A stretch of DNA of 44,786 nucleotides, taken from NCBI GenBank assembly GCA_025057295.1, contig JANWXO010000003.1:1-44786 (forward strand), read 5' to 3'. The position numbers and the translations under genes are program-made. How positions within the stretch are numbered: the stretch's first letter is position 1; every line of letters begins with the position of its first letter. This stretch comes from Candidatus Binatia bacterium (GTDB lineage Bacteria > Desulfobacterota > Binatia > Bin18). This document shows, piece after piece, positions 1 to 9,518 of the stretch. The notes under the pieces were generated by a model, which ran no database searches, was not told the DNA's origin, and saw only the letters and a list, made by a program, of their open reading frames with translations.

Positions 1-525
1 ACTGCGGACGTTGCGGTGGACCAGAGTAATTGCCAGCCGTTTGCCTACCAGCGACTGCTGTTTATGCACAACGGCTACATCGAGCGCTTTCGCGTCACGC
101 TGATGCGGCGGGTGCGCGAGGTCTTGCGGGACGAGTACTACACCGCGATCAACGGTTCGACCGACTCCGAGCATATCTTTGCCCTATTCCTCAATCTCCT
201 CCACGGCCGTCCGGTGTCGTTGCCGACGCTCATGGAGGCTATGAGCGCCACCATCTCCCAACTGCGACAGTGGGCCGACCAAGGAGGGCTGCGGCTGGCG
301 CTCAATTGCGCCGTCACCAATGGTGAGTGTATCGTGATATCGCGATTTTCCACCGTGGCACCTGCACCGTCACTCTATTACACCGTCACCAGTCCCTTTT
401 TCCCCGACGCGGCGGTGGTGGCGTCGGAGCGCTTGTGCGCGAGCCCGGAGTGGGTGGCTGTGCCGGCGAGCAGTGTCATGGGGATTGACAGAGATCTGCG
501 ACCGTCGCTCTGCGTCCTGCCGTGA
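1..525 (+). CDS. egtC: Class-II (Ntn) glutamine amidotransferase, EgtC-like; 5' end cut by the window edge
   Basis: Frame 1 is open from base 1 to TGA 523-525, the same frame as ORF 16..525. FMHNGYIERF and NGSTDSEHIFALFL fit the class-II GATase fold. It lies directly upstream of an EgtD-type methyltransferase, as in egt clusters. Confidence 0.55.
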   Translation, partial: TADVAVDQSNCQPFAYQRLLFMHNGYIERFRVTLMRRVREVLRDEYYTAINGSTDSEHIFALFLNLLHGRPVSLPTLMEAMSATISQLRQWADQGGLRLALNCAVTNGECIVISRFSTVAPAPSLYYTVTSPFFPDAAVVASERLCASPEWVAVPASSVMGIDRDLRPSLCVLP

Positions 526-580
526 GCAGGAGCACCGAAGGACGAGACGTCTGGAGCGACATGCGTGCCAGAGTTGTTCT

Positions 581-1582
581 ATGAGCGTGATGTCCCCGCA
601 TGATTGCCGGATCCATGTTCCGATTCCCATCCGTTCGCAACTGCGAGCCGACGTGGCGCGCGGGCTGTGCCAGACGCAAAAGGCGCTTCCCCCGCGTTAT
701 TTCTACGACGCCCGTGGCTCGCAGCTCTTCGAGCAGATCTGTCAGCAGCCCGAATACTACCTGACCCGCACCGAACGGGCGATTCTGCAGCGGCACGCGG
801 CCGATATTTTGGATATCGTCGAGGAGTGCAGCGTTGTGGAGCTGGGCAGTGGCAGCGCAGTGAAAACTCGCTTGCTGTTCGACGAGAGTGTCCGGCGCGG
901 CTACCATCTGCACTACGTGCCCATCGACATCAGCGAGTCGATGCTGCGAAAGACGGCGCAACGGCTGCAGGCCGAGTATGCCCAGATGCGGATCGAGGGT
1001 CTGGTGGCCGACTACCTGCACGGACTGGCGGCACTCCCTGCCGCCTCGCGCCGTCTGGTGCTGTTTCTCGGCAGCAACCTGGGGAATTTCACCCCTGCCG
1101 AACAGGAGCGGTTCTTTACCCAGCTGGTAGCGGTGCTGCAGCGCGGCGATTGCCTTGTACTCGGCCTCGATCTGAGGAAGCCCGTAGAGATCCTGGAGGC
1201 TGCCTACAACGACCGTGCCGGGGTGACTGCCGCCTTCAATCTCAATCTGCTCCGCCGTCTCAACCGTGAATTGCGGGCGAACTTCGACCTGACGACCTTC
1301 TCGCATCTGGCGTTCTATAATCGGCAGTTGCACCAGATCGAGATGCATCTCCGGAGCGAGATCGCTCAAGAGGTGGCCATTGCGGATCTGGGGATGCGCG
1401 TACCGTTCCGTACGGGGGAGACGATCCACACCGAGATCTCGAGAAAGTTCGATGCCGAAGAGGTGCGCACGCAGCTGCACGCCTACGGGCTGCAGGAGTG
1501 TGCCGCCTGGACCGATGAGCGCGCCTGGTTCCTGGTTGCACTCTTTCGCTATGCCGGCTGGAAGGAGAGCCACGAAAGATGA
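581..1582 (+). CDS. egtD: L-histidine N-alpha-methyltransferase (EgtD family, SAM-dependent)
   Basis: ORF 473..1582. I chose ATG 581 because the earlier part overlaps egtC. LPPRYFYDARGSQLFEQICQQPEYYLTRTE and the SAM-binding VVELGSGS are the hallmark EgtD N-terminus. Confidence 0.75.
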   Translation: MSVMSPHDCRIHVPIPIRSQLRADVARGLCQTQKALPPRYFYDARGSQLFEQICQQPEYYLTRTERAILQRHAADILDIVEECSVVELGSGSAVKTRLLFDESVRRGYHLHYVPIDISESMLRKTAQRLQAEYAQMRIEGLVADYLHGLAALPAASRRLVLFLGSNLGNFTPAEQERFFTQLVAVLQRGDCLVLGLDLRKPVEILEAAYNDRAGVTAAFNLNLLRRLNRELRANFDLTTFSHLAFYNRQLHQIEMHLRSEIAQEVAIADLGMRVPFRTGETIHTEISRKFDAEEVRTQLHAYGLQECAAWTDERAWFLVALFRYAGWKESHER

Positions 1583-2601
1583 TGCGAGGCCAGCCAAAAG
1601 GTCATTTCCTGTTGGTCGCGACCGGAGGCACGATCAGTATGCTGCAGGACGTGCAGACCGGGCGCAGTGTGTCACGTCGTACTGCAGCCGACCTGCTCGC
1701 CCTCGTGTCAGCCCGGATCGGTACCGAGGTGCGCACCCTCGATTTTTCGCTCCCGCATCAGTCGTACGCTCATCCCGATGAGCTTTTGGCCCTTGTCCGT
1801 TTGCTGCAGGGCGAAATGGTCGCCGATCTGCGTGGCATCGTGGTGACCCATGGAACGGATACTTTAGAGGAGGTCGCTTATCTGATCGACGAGATTCTGG
1901 GGACCCGTGTTCCTCTTGTGTGTACCGGTGCCATGCGGCCGGGGTGGGCCCCTGGATTCGACGGGACGCGCAATCTGGATAACGCGTTTCGCCTCGTGCA
2001 AGTGGCCCCGGCCGACTATGGGGTGTTGGTCACGATGCATGACGACATTTTTGAGGCGTGGAGCCTCTCCAAAGCCGATACCGGCGCGCTGGATGCGTTT
2101 GTCGCGCGCCGCGGGGCCGCGTGCGGACGCATCGTCGGCGACGTGGTCGAGCTGGCGTGGCGGCCGGTCCCACGGCCTCGATTTGGGCAACTCCCCCTCT
2201 CCCTTCCAGCGCCCATTCCTATTCTCGCGCTGGGTGTCGCCGACGATGCCGCTTGCTTGGCGTGGATACCGACGCGCATCCTGCCGGGTCTTGTCGTGAC
2301 CACGGTGGGGGCAGGGAGTATCCCACCGGACGCACGCCGGCGAATCCTGACGCTGGCGGAGCAGGGAGTGGCTGTGGTGCTGTGCGCCAACACGCGAGGT
2401 GGGCGGACGGCCGAAGAGTACTACTACCCCGGGGCGTACGATGATCTGCGAGCTGCCGGGGTGGCAATCGAGGACCGGCTCTCTCCCCGCAAAGCCCGTA
2501 TCCGTCTGATGCTCAGCCTAGCTCTCCACCTTCCCTATGTCCCGTTCGGTCGCGAGTTTGTCGCTGCTCCTGACGATGCTCGTTGTTCTCAGGGCACCTA
2601 G
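1579..2601 (+). CDS. L-asparaginase/glutaminase family protein
   Basis: LLVATGGTISM (catalytic Thr motif) and VVTHGTDTLEE are present. The ATG overlaps the egtD stop (ATGA at 1579-1582) and is preceded by GGAAGGAGAG. Confidence 0.7.
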   Translation: MMRGQPKGHFLLVATGGTISMLQDVQTGRSVSRRTAADLLALVSARIGTEVRTLDFSLPHQSYAHPDELLALVRLLQGEMVADLRGIVVTHGTDTLEEVAYLIDEILGTRVPLVCTGAMRPGWAPGFDGTRNLDNAFRLVQVAPADYGVLVTMHDDIFEAWSLSKADTGALDAFVARRGAACGRIVGDVVELAWRPVPRPRFGQLPLSLPAPIPILALGVADDAACLAWIPTRILPGLVVTTVGAGSIPPDARRRILTLAEQGVAVVLCANTRGGRTAEEYYYPGAYDDLRAAGVAIEDRLSPRKARIRLMLSLALHLPYVPFGREFVAAPDDARCSQGT

Positions 2602-2666
2602 CAGTAGGAGTGTCTCCTTGCAGGAGGGTTCACAACCTGGATACTAAAATCAGAGGAGTTTGTTCC

Positions 2667-3443
2667 ATGGACACACCACAGGAGCGCACTGTACTGGCCG
2701 GGGATTACCGAGTGCGCGTGTTCGTTGCCGGGGAGGGCGAACCGCTGCTCTTTTTGCACAGTGCCATGGGTGCAGGGCGGTGGACTGCGGGCGTCGAGCG
2801 GCTGGCGCAACATTTTCGCGTGTTTTTACCCGACCATCCGGGATTTGGTCCCTCTCCGCTCCCCGACTGGCTGCTCGGTATGGATGACATGGTCTTTCAT
2901 TACCTCGACCTGCTGGACGGCCTGGGGCTGCACGAGCCCGTGCGCATTGCCGGCGTGTCGTTCGGCGGCTGGATCGCCGCTGAGTTTGCCGCGTTTCATC
3001 CTGAGCGGGTAAAGAAACTGGTGCTCATCGATGCAGCCGGTCTGCGCATTCCCTCCGTTCCCCTCCCCGACGTTTTCCGGCTGTCCCCGCAAGCGCTCCT
3101 CCCCTTGATGTTCCATGACCTCTCGAAAGCGCTGGCGGTGATACCGCAGGATCTGGGGCCAGACACGCTAGTGCAACTGTTCCACGACCAGAGCGCGTTT
3201 GCCCGCCTCGCCTGGAATCCCTATCTGCACGACCCCAAACTGCCGCGACGGCTCCGACGTGCCACAGTACCGACGCTGATCGTCTGGGGGAAGCAGGACC
3301 AGCTCATTCCGCCTGTCTACGCCGAGGAGTATCAACGCCTCTTACCCTCGGCCCACATTGCCTATATCGATCAGTGCGGCCATGATCCTACCATCGAACA
3401 GCCGGACGCATTTGCGCAGGTCGTGGTGGAGTTCTTGCGCTAA
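2667..3443 (+). CDS. Alpha/beta-fold hydrolase
   Basis: ORF 2583..3443. ATG 2667 follows AGGAG at 2653-2657. It has an oxyanion-hole region LLFLHS, a nucleophile elbow GVSFGG, and a C-terminal CGHDP His motif. Confidence 0.75.
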   Translation: MDTPQERTVLAGDYRVRVFVAGEGEPLLFLHSAMGAGRWTAGVERLAQHFRVFLPDHPGFGPSPLPDWLLGMDDMVFHYLDLLDGLGLHEPVRIAGVSFGGWIAAEFAAFHPERVKKLVLIDAAGLRIPSVPLPDVFRLSPQALLPLMFHDLSKALAVIPQDLGPDTLVQLFHDQSAFARLAWNPYLHDPKLPRRLRRATVPTLIVWGKQDQLIPPVYAEEYQRLLPSAHIAYIDQCGHDPTIEQPDAFAQVVVEFLR

Positions 3444-3457
3444 CACGAGGAGGTGCC

Positions 3458-4618
3458 ATGCAATCCTATTTCTTTCACCTCATGCCGTGGACCGACTATC
3501 CCGAAGACTTCGAGGAAAAGTACGAATCTGCCTGGGTGACCTTTCCCAACACCTTCTACGATCCGATCAAGGGGGCGGAGCTCTATCACCGCTACCTGGA
3601 CGAGCTCGAATACGCCGACGCGCTGGGGTATGACGGCATCTGCGTCAACGAGCACCACCAAAACGCTTATGGATTGATGCCCTCGCCCAACATTATCGCC
3701 GCGATGCTGGCGCGGCGGACCAAAAACGCCAAGATCGCTATTTTAGGGAACGGCTTGCCGCTGCGGGCTAATCCGCTCCGGGTAGCCGAGGAGATCGCCA
3801 TGCTCGATGTCGTCACGCGCGGGCGCGTGATTTCAGGCTTCGTGCGCGGTATCGGGTGTGAATATTTCTCCCTCGATGTCAACCCCACCTTCTCCCGCGA
3901 GATGTTCTACGAAGCCCATGACCTCATCGTGCGTGCCTGGACCGAGCCAGGACCCTTCGAGTATCTGGGGAAGCACTATCGCTATCGCTACGTCAACGTG
4001 TGGCCGCGGCCATACACGAAACCCCATCCACCCATCTGGCTGCCCTCGGCAGGGAGCGCAGAAACGATCGAATTTGCCGCGCAACACCGTTACCCGTACG
4101 TGTCGGTGTTCACCCCCATAGAGAATGTCAAACGGTTACTCGATCTGTATCGCACCTATGCACGGGAACAGTTCGGCTATGACCCGGATCCGGCCTTGCT
4201 CGGGTATGCGCCGGGTCTGTATGTGTCCGACGACGAGCAGCGCGCGCAGGACGAAGCTGCGGAGCACGGCCGCTTCTTCTTCAGCAAAGCGTTCAAAATT
4301 CCCCCTCAATTTCTCATTCCCCCCGGTTACGTAACGGAGAATTCGCTGCGTGGCTTTCTGGCCACGCGCATGGGTGACACCCGTTCGTTCGGGTCGGTGA
4401 TCGCGGGAACCCCAAAGACTGTCATTGACCGACTCATCGCCGACTACGACTTTCTCGGTGGCTTTGGGTATATCATCGTTGGCGCCGGGCCTGGCAATGC
4501 GACGCACGAACAGACAGTCACACATATGACGCTGTTTCAGACCGAGGTGATGCCGGTGCTGAAGAAATATCACGCACAAAAAATGGCGAGCCGTACGCGG
4601 TCGTCATCGACTCCGTAG
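3458..4618 (+). CDS. LLM-class (luciferase-like) flavin-dependent oxidoreductase
   Basis: The N-terminus YDGICVNEHHQNAYGLMPSPNIIAAMLARRTKNAKIAILGNGLPL is typical of the luciferase-like monooxygenase family. GAGGAGG lies upstream of ATG 3458. Confidence 0.65.
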   Translation: MQSYFFHLMPWTDYPEDFEEKYESAWVTFPNTFYDPIKGAELYHRYLDELEYADALGYDGICVNEHHQNAYGLMPSPNIIAAMLARRTKNAKIAILGNGLPLRANPLRVAEEIAMLDVVTRGRVISGFVRGIGCEYFSLDVNPTFSREMFYEAHDLIVRAWTEPGPFEYLGKHYRYRYVNVWPRPYTKPHPPIWLPSAGSAETIEFAAQHRYPYVSVFTPIENVKRLLDLYRTYAREQFGYDPDPALLGYAPGLYVSDDEQRAQDEAAEHGRFFFSKAFKIPPQFLIPPGYVTENSLRGFLATRMGDTRSFGSVIAGTPKTVIDRLIADYDFLGGFGYIIVGAGPGNATHEQTVTHMTLFQTEVMPVLKKYHAQKMASRTRSSSTP

Positions 4619-4728
4619 CGCACACTCCCTGTGACGCCAGGTGATCCCGGAGCGAGATCCTGTTGCTCTGCAGCACGCGGGTGCAGGGCGACGCGCCGTC
4701 GTCCCCGCTCCGCCTGCACTGTCGCTGG

Positions 4729-5154
4729 TCAAACGATCTCGACGAGACGGATGGCAAACGTCAGATCTTGCCCTGCCAGGGGGTGGTTCGCGTCGAGTTT
4801 GACCCGTTCCTCGGTCAACTCAGTCACTTTGACCACAAAGGGTTGGCCTTCCCGCTGTCTGACCTGCAACAGTTGGCCGAGTTCTAACTGGAGTCCTGCC
4901 GGAAACTGCGAGCGCTCGACCCAGGCAACCATTTCCGGACGGTACGGGCCGTACGCCTGCTCTGCAGGGATGGTCACCGTTCTTTCTTCTCCTGGCTGCA
5001 TACCGATGACGGCTTGCTCGAAGCCTGGCAGGACTTGACCCTGCCCGATGGTGAATTGCAACACCTCGTCCGCGGAGGAGTCGAAGACGGTCCCGTTGGC
5101 CAGGGTACCGGTGTAGTGCACCTTCACGAGATCACCCTGTTTCGCCTGTCCCAT
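4729..5154 (-). CDS. slyD: FKBP-type peptidyl-prolyl cis-trans isomerase, SlyD-like (FKBP plus IF insert, no His-rich tail)
   Basis: Internal ATG of ORF 4729..5364 at 5154, with AGGAAAGGAG upstream. VKVHYTGTLANGTVFDSS..QFTIGQGQVLPGFEQAVIGM..LDANHPLAGQDLTF matches SlyD-type PPIases. Confidence 0.8.
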   Translation of the reverse strand: MGQAKQGDLVKVHYTGTLANGTVFDSSADEVLQFTIGQGQVLPGFEQAVIGMQPGEERTVTIPAEQAYGPYRPEMVAWVERSQFPAGLQLELGQLLQVRQREGQPFVVKVTELTEERVKLDANHPLAGQDLTFAIRLVEIV

Positions 5155-5179
5155 GTGCTGCTCCTTTCCTGGCACAAGG

Positions 5180-5218
5180 AAAAAGGCCCAAGGAACCATG
5201 AGCGCGGTCCCTTGGGCC
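5180..5218 (-). terminator. Intrinsic terminator downstream of the dioxygenase-like gene
   Basis: On the minus strand, GGCCCAAGGGACC-gcgctcat-GGTTCCTTGGGCC forms a 13-bp stem with one mismatch and an 8-nt loop. It is followed by TTTTTCCTT (A-run 5180-5184 on the plus strand). Confidence 0.7.
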
Positions 5219-5348
5219 TCACTCGTGCGAACCAAGCGCGTACAGTATCGGACTTGCCGACCGTTCAACCCTAGCAGGTTTCTCGCGTGCGCACAACCAG
5301 CCCTGCCGCGACCGGGCCGTGGCGTGCCAGATGAGCAGACGACAGGGG

Positions 5349-6473
5349 CTATTTCTTCGCCCACAGGTCCGCGTAGCCTTCGATCTCAACCGCTTGGGCC
5401 TCCGGTGTCATCAGCAAGGGCTCCTCGGTGTCGATATTGATCGCCACGAACTCTAGGCGCGCATCTTTCCGCCAGTTTTTGACGCTGTTTTCCCATACTC
5501 CCGGTTGCGGGCCGTGATGGAGTCCCTGCGGGTTCAACGAAAGAACCCCTGCAGGAGTGGTCCCACTGCGGCGGCTGAGGGTAAACTCGCCGCTGTGCAC
5601 GAAGAACACTTCGTCGTAGTCGATATTGCGGTGGTACCACGGGACGCGCAGCGCCTGGGGATCTCCTTCGAGCGGACGGGGAGCAAAGGTGCACACGACG
5701 AATCCCTCGGCTTGAAAGGTGCCGTGCGCGCTGGGCGGAAGATGGATCCCTTCGCTCATGAGGGGCCGAAAATCCTTCACATTGAGTTTGAAAACAGAAT
5801 GGGTGCCTTTCCAACCGACGACGTCCAGCGGACAAAAATCGTAGAAGACCGAGGTGTACTCCCCACGGCGGCGCACCCGCAGCTCCCACTCGGCGCGCTG
5901 CTCGGTGACGGGTGCAGGATCCGGGGTTTCGATCACGTCGTAGTCGAACGGCGCGTAGTGACCGACTCCGGCACGGTCGGGAAACCCGATTGGTCCGCGG
6001 GATTGGATAATCAGGGTAAAATTGTCCCGCGTTTCGGGCACGACGCGATAATTGGTCCCCTTGGGAATGACAATATAATCGCCCTCTTGGTAGGGCAGAG
6101 GACCAAAATCGCTCTGCAACACCCCACGCCCTCTATGGATGAAATGGATTTCGTCGCCGTCCCCGTTGCGGAAGCAGAAGGGCATCGGCTCGGTGCGGCG
6201 CGAGACGAACAGCGCCACGTCGTTATTGTACAAGAGCTTCACCGGCTCTCCGCGCGGGTCGTTGCGGTCGGTGGGGATGAGCTCGTAGGTGGCGAAGGCC
6301 CGTGGCCGGAGCGGACCTTCGATCCGCTTCCAGTCCGTCGGTGGGTGCAAATGGTAGAACTGGGTGGCCGGTCCGAAGAACCCCTGGCGACCGTGCTCTT
6401 CTTCGTACAAACCTTCGGGAATGGCGACGTGGGCCTGACGCGGCACTTTCCCTTTCGAGTATTGAATTTTCAT
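5349..6473 (-). CDS. Homogentisate 1,2-dioxygenase-like cupin protein
   Basis: Internal ATG of ORF 5349..6656 at 6473, preceded by AAGGAGGGA. The length (374 aa) and sequence (MKIQYSKGKVPRQAHV..FFGPATQFYHLHPP..) resemble the short HGD-like family. The assignment is from memory only. Confidence 0.55.
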   Translation of the reverse strand: MKIQYSKGKVPRQAHVAIPEGLYEEEHGRQGFFGPATQFYHLHPPTDWKRIEGPLRPRAFATYELIPTDRNDPRGEPVKLLYNNDVALFVSRRTEPMPFCFRNGDGDEIHFIHRGRGVLQSDFGPLPYQEGDYIVIPKGTNYRVVPETRDNFTLIIQSRGPIGFPDRAGVGHYAPFDYDVIETPDPAPVTEQRAEWELRVRRRGEYTSVFYDFCPLDVVGWKGTHSVFKLNVKDFRPLMSEGIHLPPSAHGTFQAEGFVVCTFAPRPLEGDPQALRVPWYHRNIDYDEVFFVHSGEFTLSRRSGTTPAGVLSLNPQGLHHGPQPGVWENSVKNWRKDARLEFVAINIDTEEPLLMTPEAQAVEIEGYADLWAKK

Positions 6474-6699
6474 ATCTCCCTCCTTCAGTGTTCCCGTGCT
6501 GTTGCGACCCGTAGCATATCTGCCCGCTCCTTGCCAACGTCTCCGCAGAATCAGCCCGTGCCCACTGCCACGGGCGGTCGGCTCGTGGCAGTGCCGAGGC
6601 GGTAGCAGCAGTGAGCGCTGACACGAGAGCGGACAGAGCCCCCACCGCACGCTCACGCATATACCGTTAAGCTCTTGTCTTGGCGGTGGCAGACATGGG

Positions 6700-6751
6700 G
6701 GGTGGCAAATCGGTAACGCCGGTAGGCAAAAGCGTTAAATTTTTGCCACCC
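6700..6751. promoter_or_regulatory. Composite inverted repeat; candidate enhancer/operator in the divergent intergenic region
   Basis: GGGTGGCAAA (6700-6709) and TTTGCCACCC (6742-6751) are perfect inverted repeats. Nested inside are TAACGC (6714-6719) and GCGTTA (6732-6737), with symmetric 4-nt spacers. Confidence 0.4.
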
Positions 6752-6837
6752 GGAGATGTCGTCGTCTTGGGCTGGCCAGAAGGAAACCGTTTGTGACGTG
6801 GTCCCATGGTGGGAAAAATGTAAAGTAAAGGGTTATT

Positions 6838-6853
6838 TGGCACTCCCTTTGCT
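6838..6853 (+). promoter_or_regulatory. sigma54 (-24/-12) promoter of the activator gene
   Basis: TGGCAC-tccct-TTGCT is an exact match to TGGCAC-N5-TTGCW. It is intergenic, 45-58 nt upstream of the candidate starts. Confidence 0.7.
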
Positions 6854-6910
6854 GACCTACCTTCTCCTGTCGAACAGCAGGCGTCTTGCAAAAGACCTGT
6901 GGGGGGGAAC

Positions 6911-8011
<1,101 letters not shown>

Positions 8012-8066
8012 CTTCCTCGCTTGGTCAGTTCCTGCTGAAGAGTCGCATGCTTTCCGCCGCCTGTTC

Positions 8067-8082
8067 TGGCACGGTCCTTGCC
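8067..8082 (+). promoter_or_regulatory. sigma54 (-24/-12) promoter of the kinase/regulator/flgB operon
   Basis: TGGCAC-ggtcc-TTGCC is intergenic, 27 nt upstream of ATG 8109. The SD GGGAGGAGGA lies between them. Confidence 0.75.
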
Positions 8083-8108
8083 AAAGCCAGCGGGAGGAGG
8101 AAGCGTAC

Positions 8109-9473
8109 ATGCCTATCCCGAGAGAGTCACAGACGCAAGAGCTGAGGGGCCAACCCCCCAAGGTGGGCCCTCGCTCCGTCCGTTCTCCACTGTCGATGCG
8201 ACCGTATGAGGAAGAAGAAGTAAAAGCCCTCAAAGGGGTAATCGCTTGGTTTCGCCAGAGCAGCCGCCGGTTGACCGCGGAGTACCGGCGGCTAGAGGAA
8301 CGGGTGGCAGACTTAAACGGTGAGCTCGAGAGGAAGAATCGCGAACTCGAACGGAGTCTGCGCGAACGGGAGGCAGCCTGGGGCTACCTCTTGTCGGTAC
8401 TGGAAAGCCTCAAAGCCGGAGTGCTGGTGGTAGACCAGGACCTCCGTCCGACCTTTACCAATCGCCGGCTGCGTGAATTGGTCGGAGAGGTGGATGAGCG
8501 CCGAGCGGTGCAGCTGATAGGAGAGAAACTGGCGTACCGCCTCAAGCGGGGAGAGAAAGACTTTCTTCCGCTGGAATGTGAACGGGTTGTCCACGGTCTG
8601 GGGACAGCCGCCATTCCAGTCCACCTCATCGTTTCCGAGGTCTTGGTCGCGGCACAAAAGAGTGTCGGCTACGTGCTCGTCTTTCAGGATATCAGTCGCT
8701 TGAAGCGCCTGGAGGCGGAAGCCGCACGCGCCCGCCGGCTGGCCGCTCTGGGCGAGATGGCGGCCGGGATCGCCCACGAAGTCAGGAATCCATTAGGGGG
8801 GATCGAGCTGTGCGCGTCTCTGCTCAAGGAGCTGGGGACAGGGAGAGTCGGGCAGCTCGCCACGGAGATTTTGACAGCGGTACAGCGTCTGCAAACGACC
8901 CTGTCGCATCTGCTCTCCTTTGCCGCAGAGCCGCGCATCGCGGCAGAATCACTCCCTGTTCCTCTCTTGCTGAAAGCGGTCGAGGAAATGGCCCTGCCGC
9001 TGCTCTGCAGAGGACCGTGGCGGCTGGAGATCGCAGTGGAGGATAATCTTCCCCCGCTGTGGGCCGATCGGGAGCTCCTGCTCCAAGCCCTGTTGAACCT
9101 CGTCGTCAACGCCACCGAGGCGATGCCGCAAGGAGGAACAGTCAGAATTACCGCCCAGCGGTCGGTGCTCTACTCTGCCACCGGTCGGATCCACCGAGAA
9201 GTGGAGATCAAAGTCGTGGATGAAGGGGTGGGGATTGCGCCGGAGGACCGAGAGAGGATCTTCGACCCGTTTTTCACCACCAAGCGACAGGGGACCGGGC
9301 TCGGTCTCGCTCTCACCCACAAGATCATTTGTGCCCATCATGGGACCATCGAGGTCTACTCCGAACCCGGCCAGGGCAGCTGCTTTACCCTGTGTTTGCC
9401 CGTGGCTGATTGCGGCATTCCGTCGCTCAGTCCTGTCGTTGCACAGTCGGAGCGTTTGCAGCCTGACTGCTGA
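8109..9473 (+). CDS. Cytoplasmic PAS sensor histidine kinase (FleS/FlrB/FlgS-like)
   Basis: There is no hydrophobic TM segment. It has an N-terminal coiled coil, a PAS-like region ([21 protein letters not shown]), the H-box [14 protein letters not shown], an N-box [10 protein letters not shown], and the G-boxes DEGVGI and GTGLGLAL. Confidence 0.85.
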   Translation: MPIPRESQTQELRGQPPKVGPRSVRSPLSMRPYEEEEVKALKGVIAWFRQSSRRLTAEYRRLEERVADLNGELERKNRELERSLREREAAWGYLLSVLESLKAGVLVVDQDLRPTFTNRRLRELVGEVDERRAVQLIGEKLAYRLKRGEKDFLPLECERVVHGLGTAAIPVHLIVSEVLVAAQKSVGYVLVFQDISRLKRLEAEAARARRLAALGEMAAGIAHEVRNPLGGIELCASLLKELGTGRVGQLATEILTAVQRLQTTLSHLLSFAAEPRIAAESLPVPLLLKAVEEMALPLLCRGPWRLEIAVEDNLPPLWADRELLLQALLNLVVNATEAMPQGGTVRITAQRSVLYSATGRIHREVEIKVVDEGVGIAPEDRERIFDPFFTTKRQGTGLGLALTHKIICAHHGTIEVYSEPGQGSCFTLCLPVADCGIPSLSPVVAQSERLQPDC

Positions 9474-9518
9474 GTGGCAGTGGGACCGCGGAAGGGCAGT
9501 CTGAGGAGAGGAACGACG

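Noticed and set aside
476-1597. A 373-aa minus-strand ORF opposite egtD. Similar long antisense or off-frame ORFs occur at 10882..11751, 13154..14044, 21471..22535, 26990..27919, 29299..30171, 30673..31377, 32248..33396 and 35084..36112.
   Set aside because: Each is fully shadowed by a gene with clear family motifs on the other strand. Their composition is low-complexity and Arg/Pro/Gly-rich, and they lack SD-linked starts. These are GC-content artefacts.
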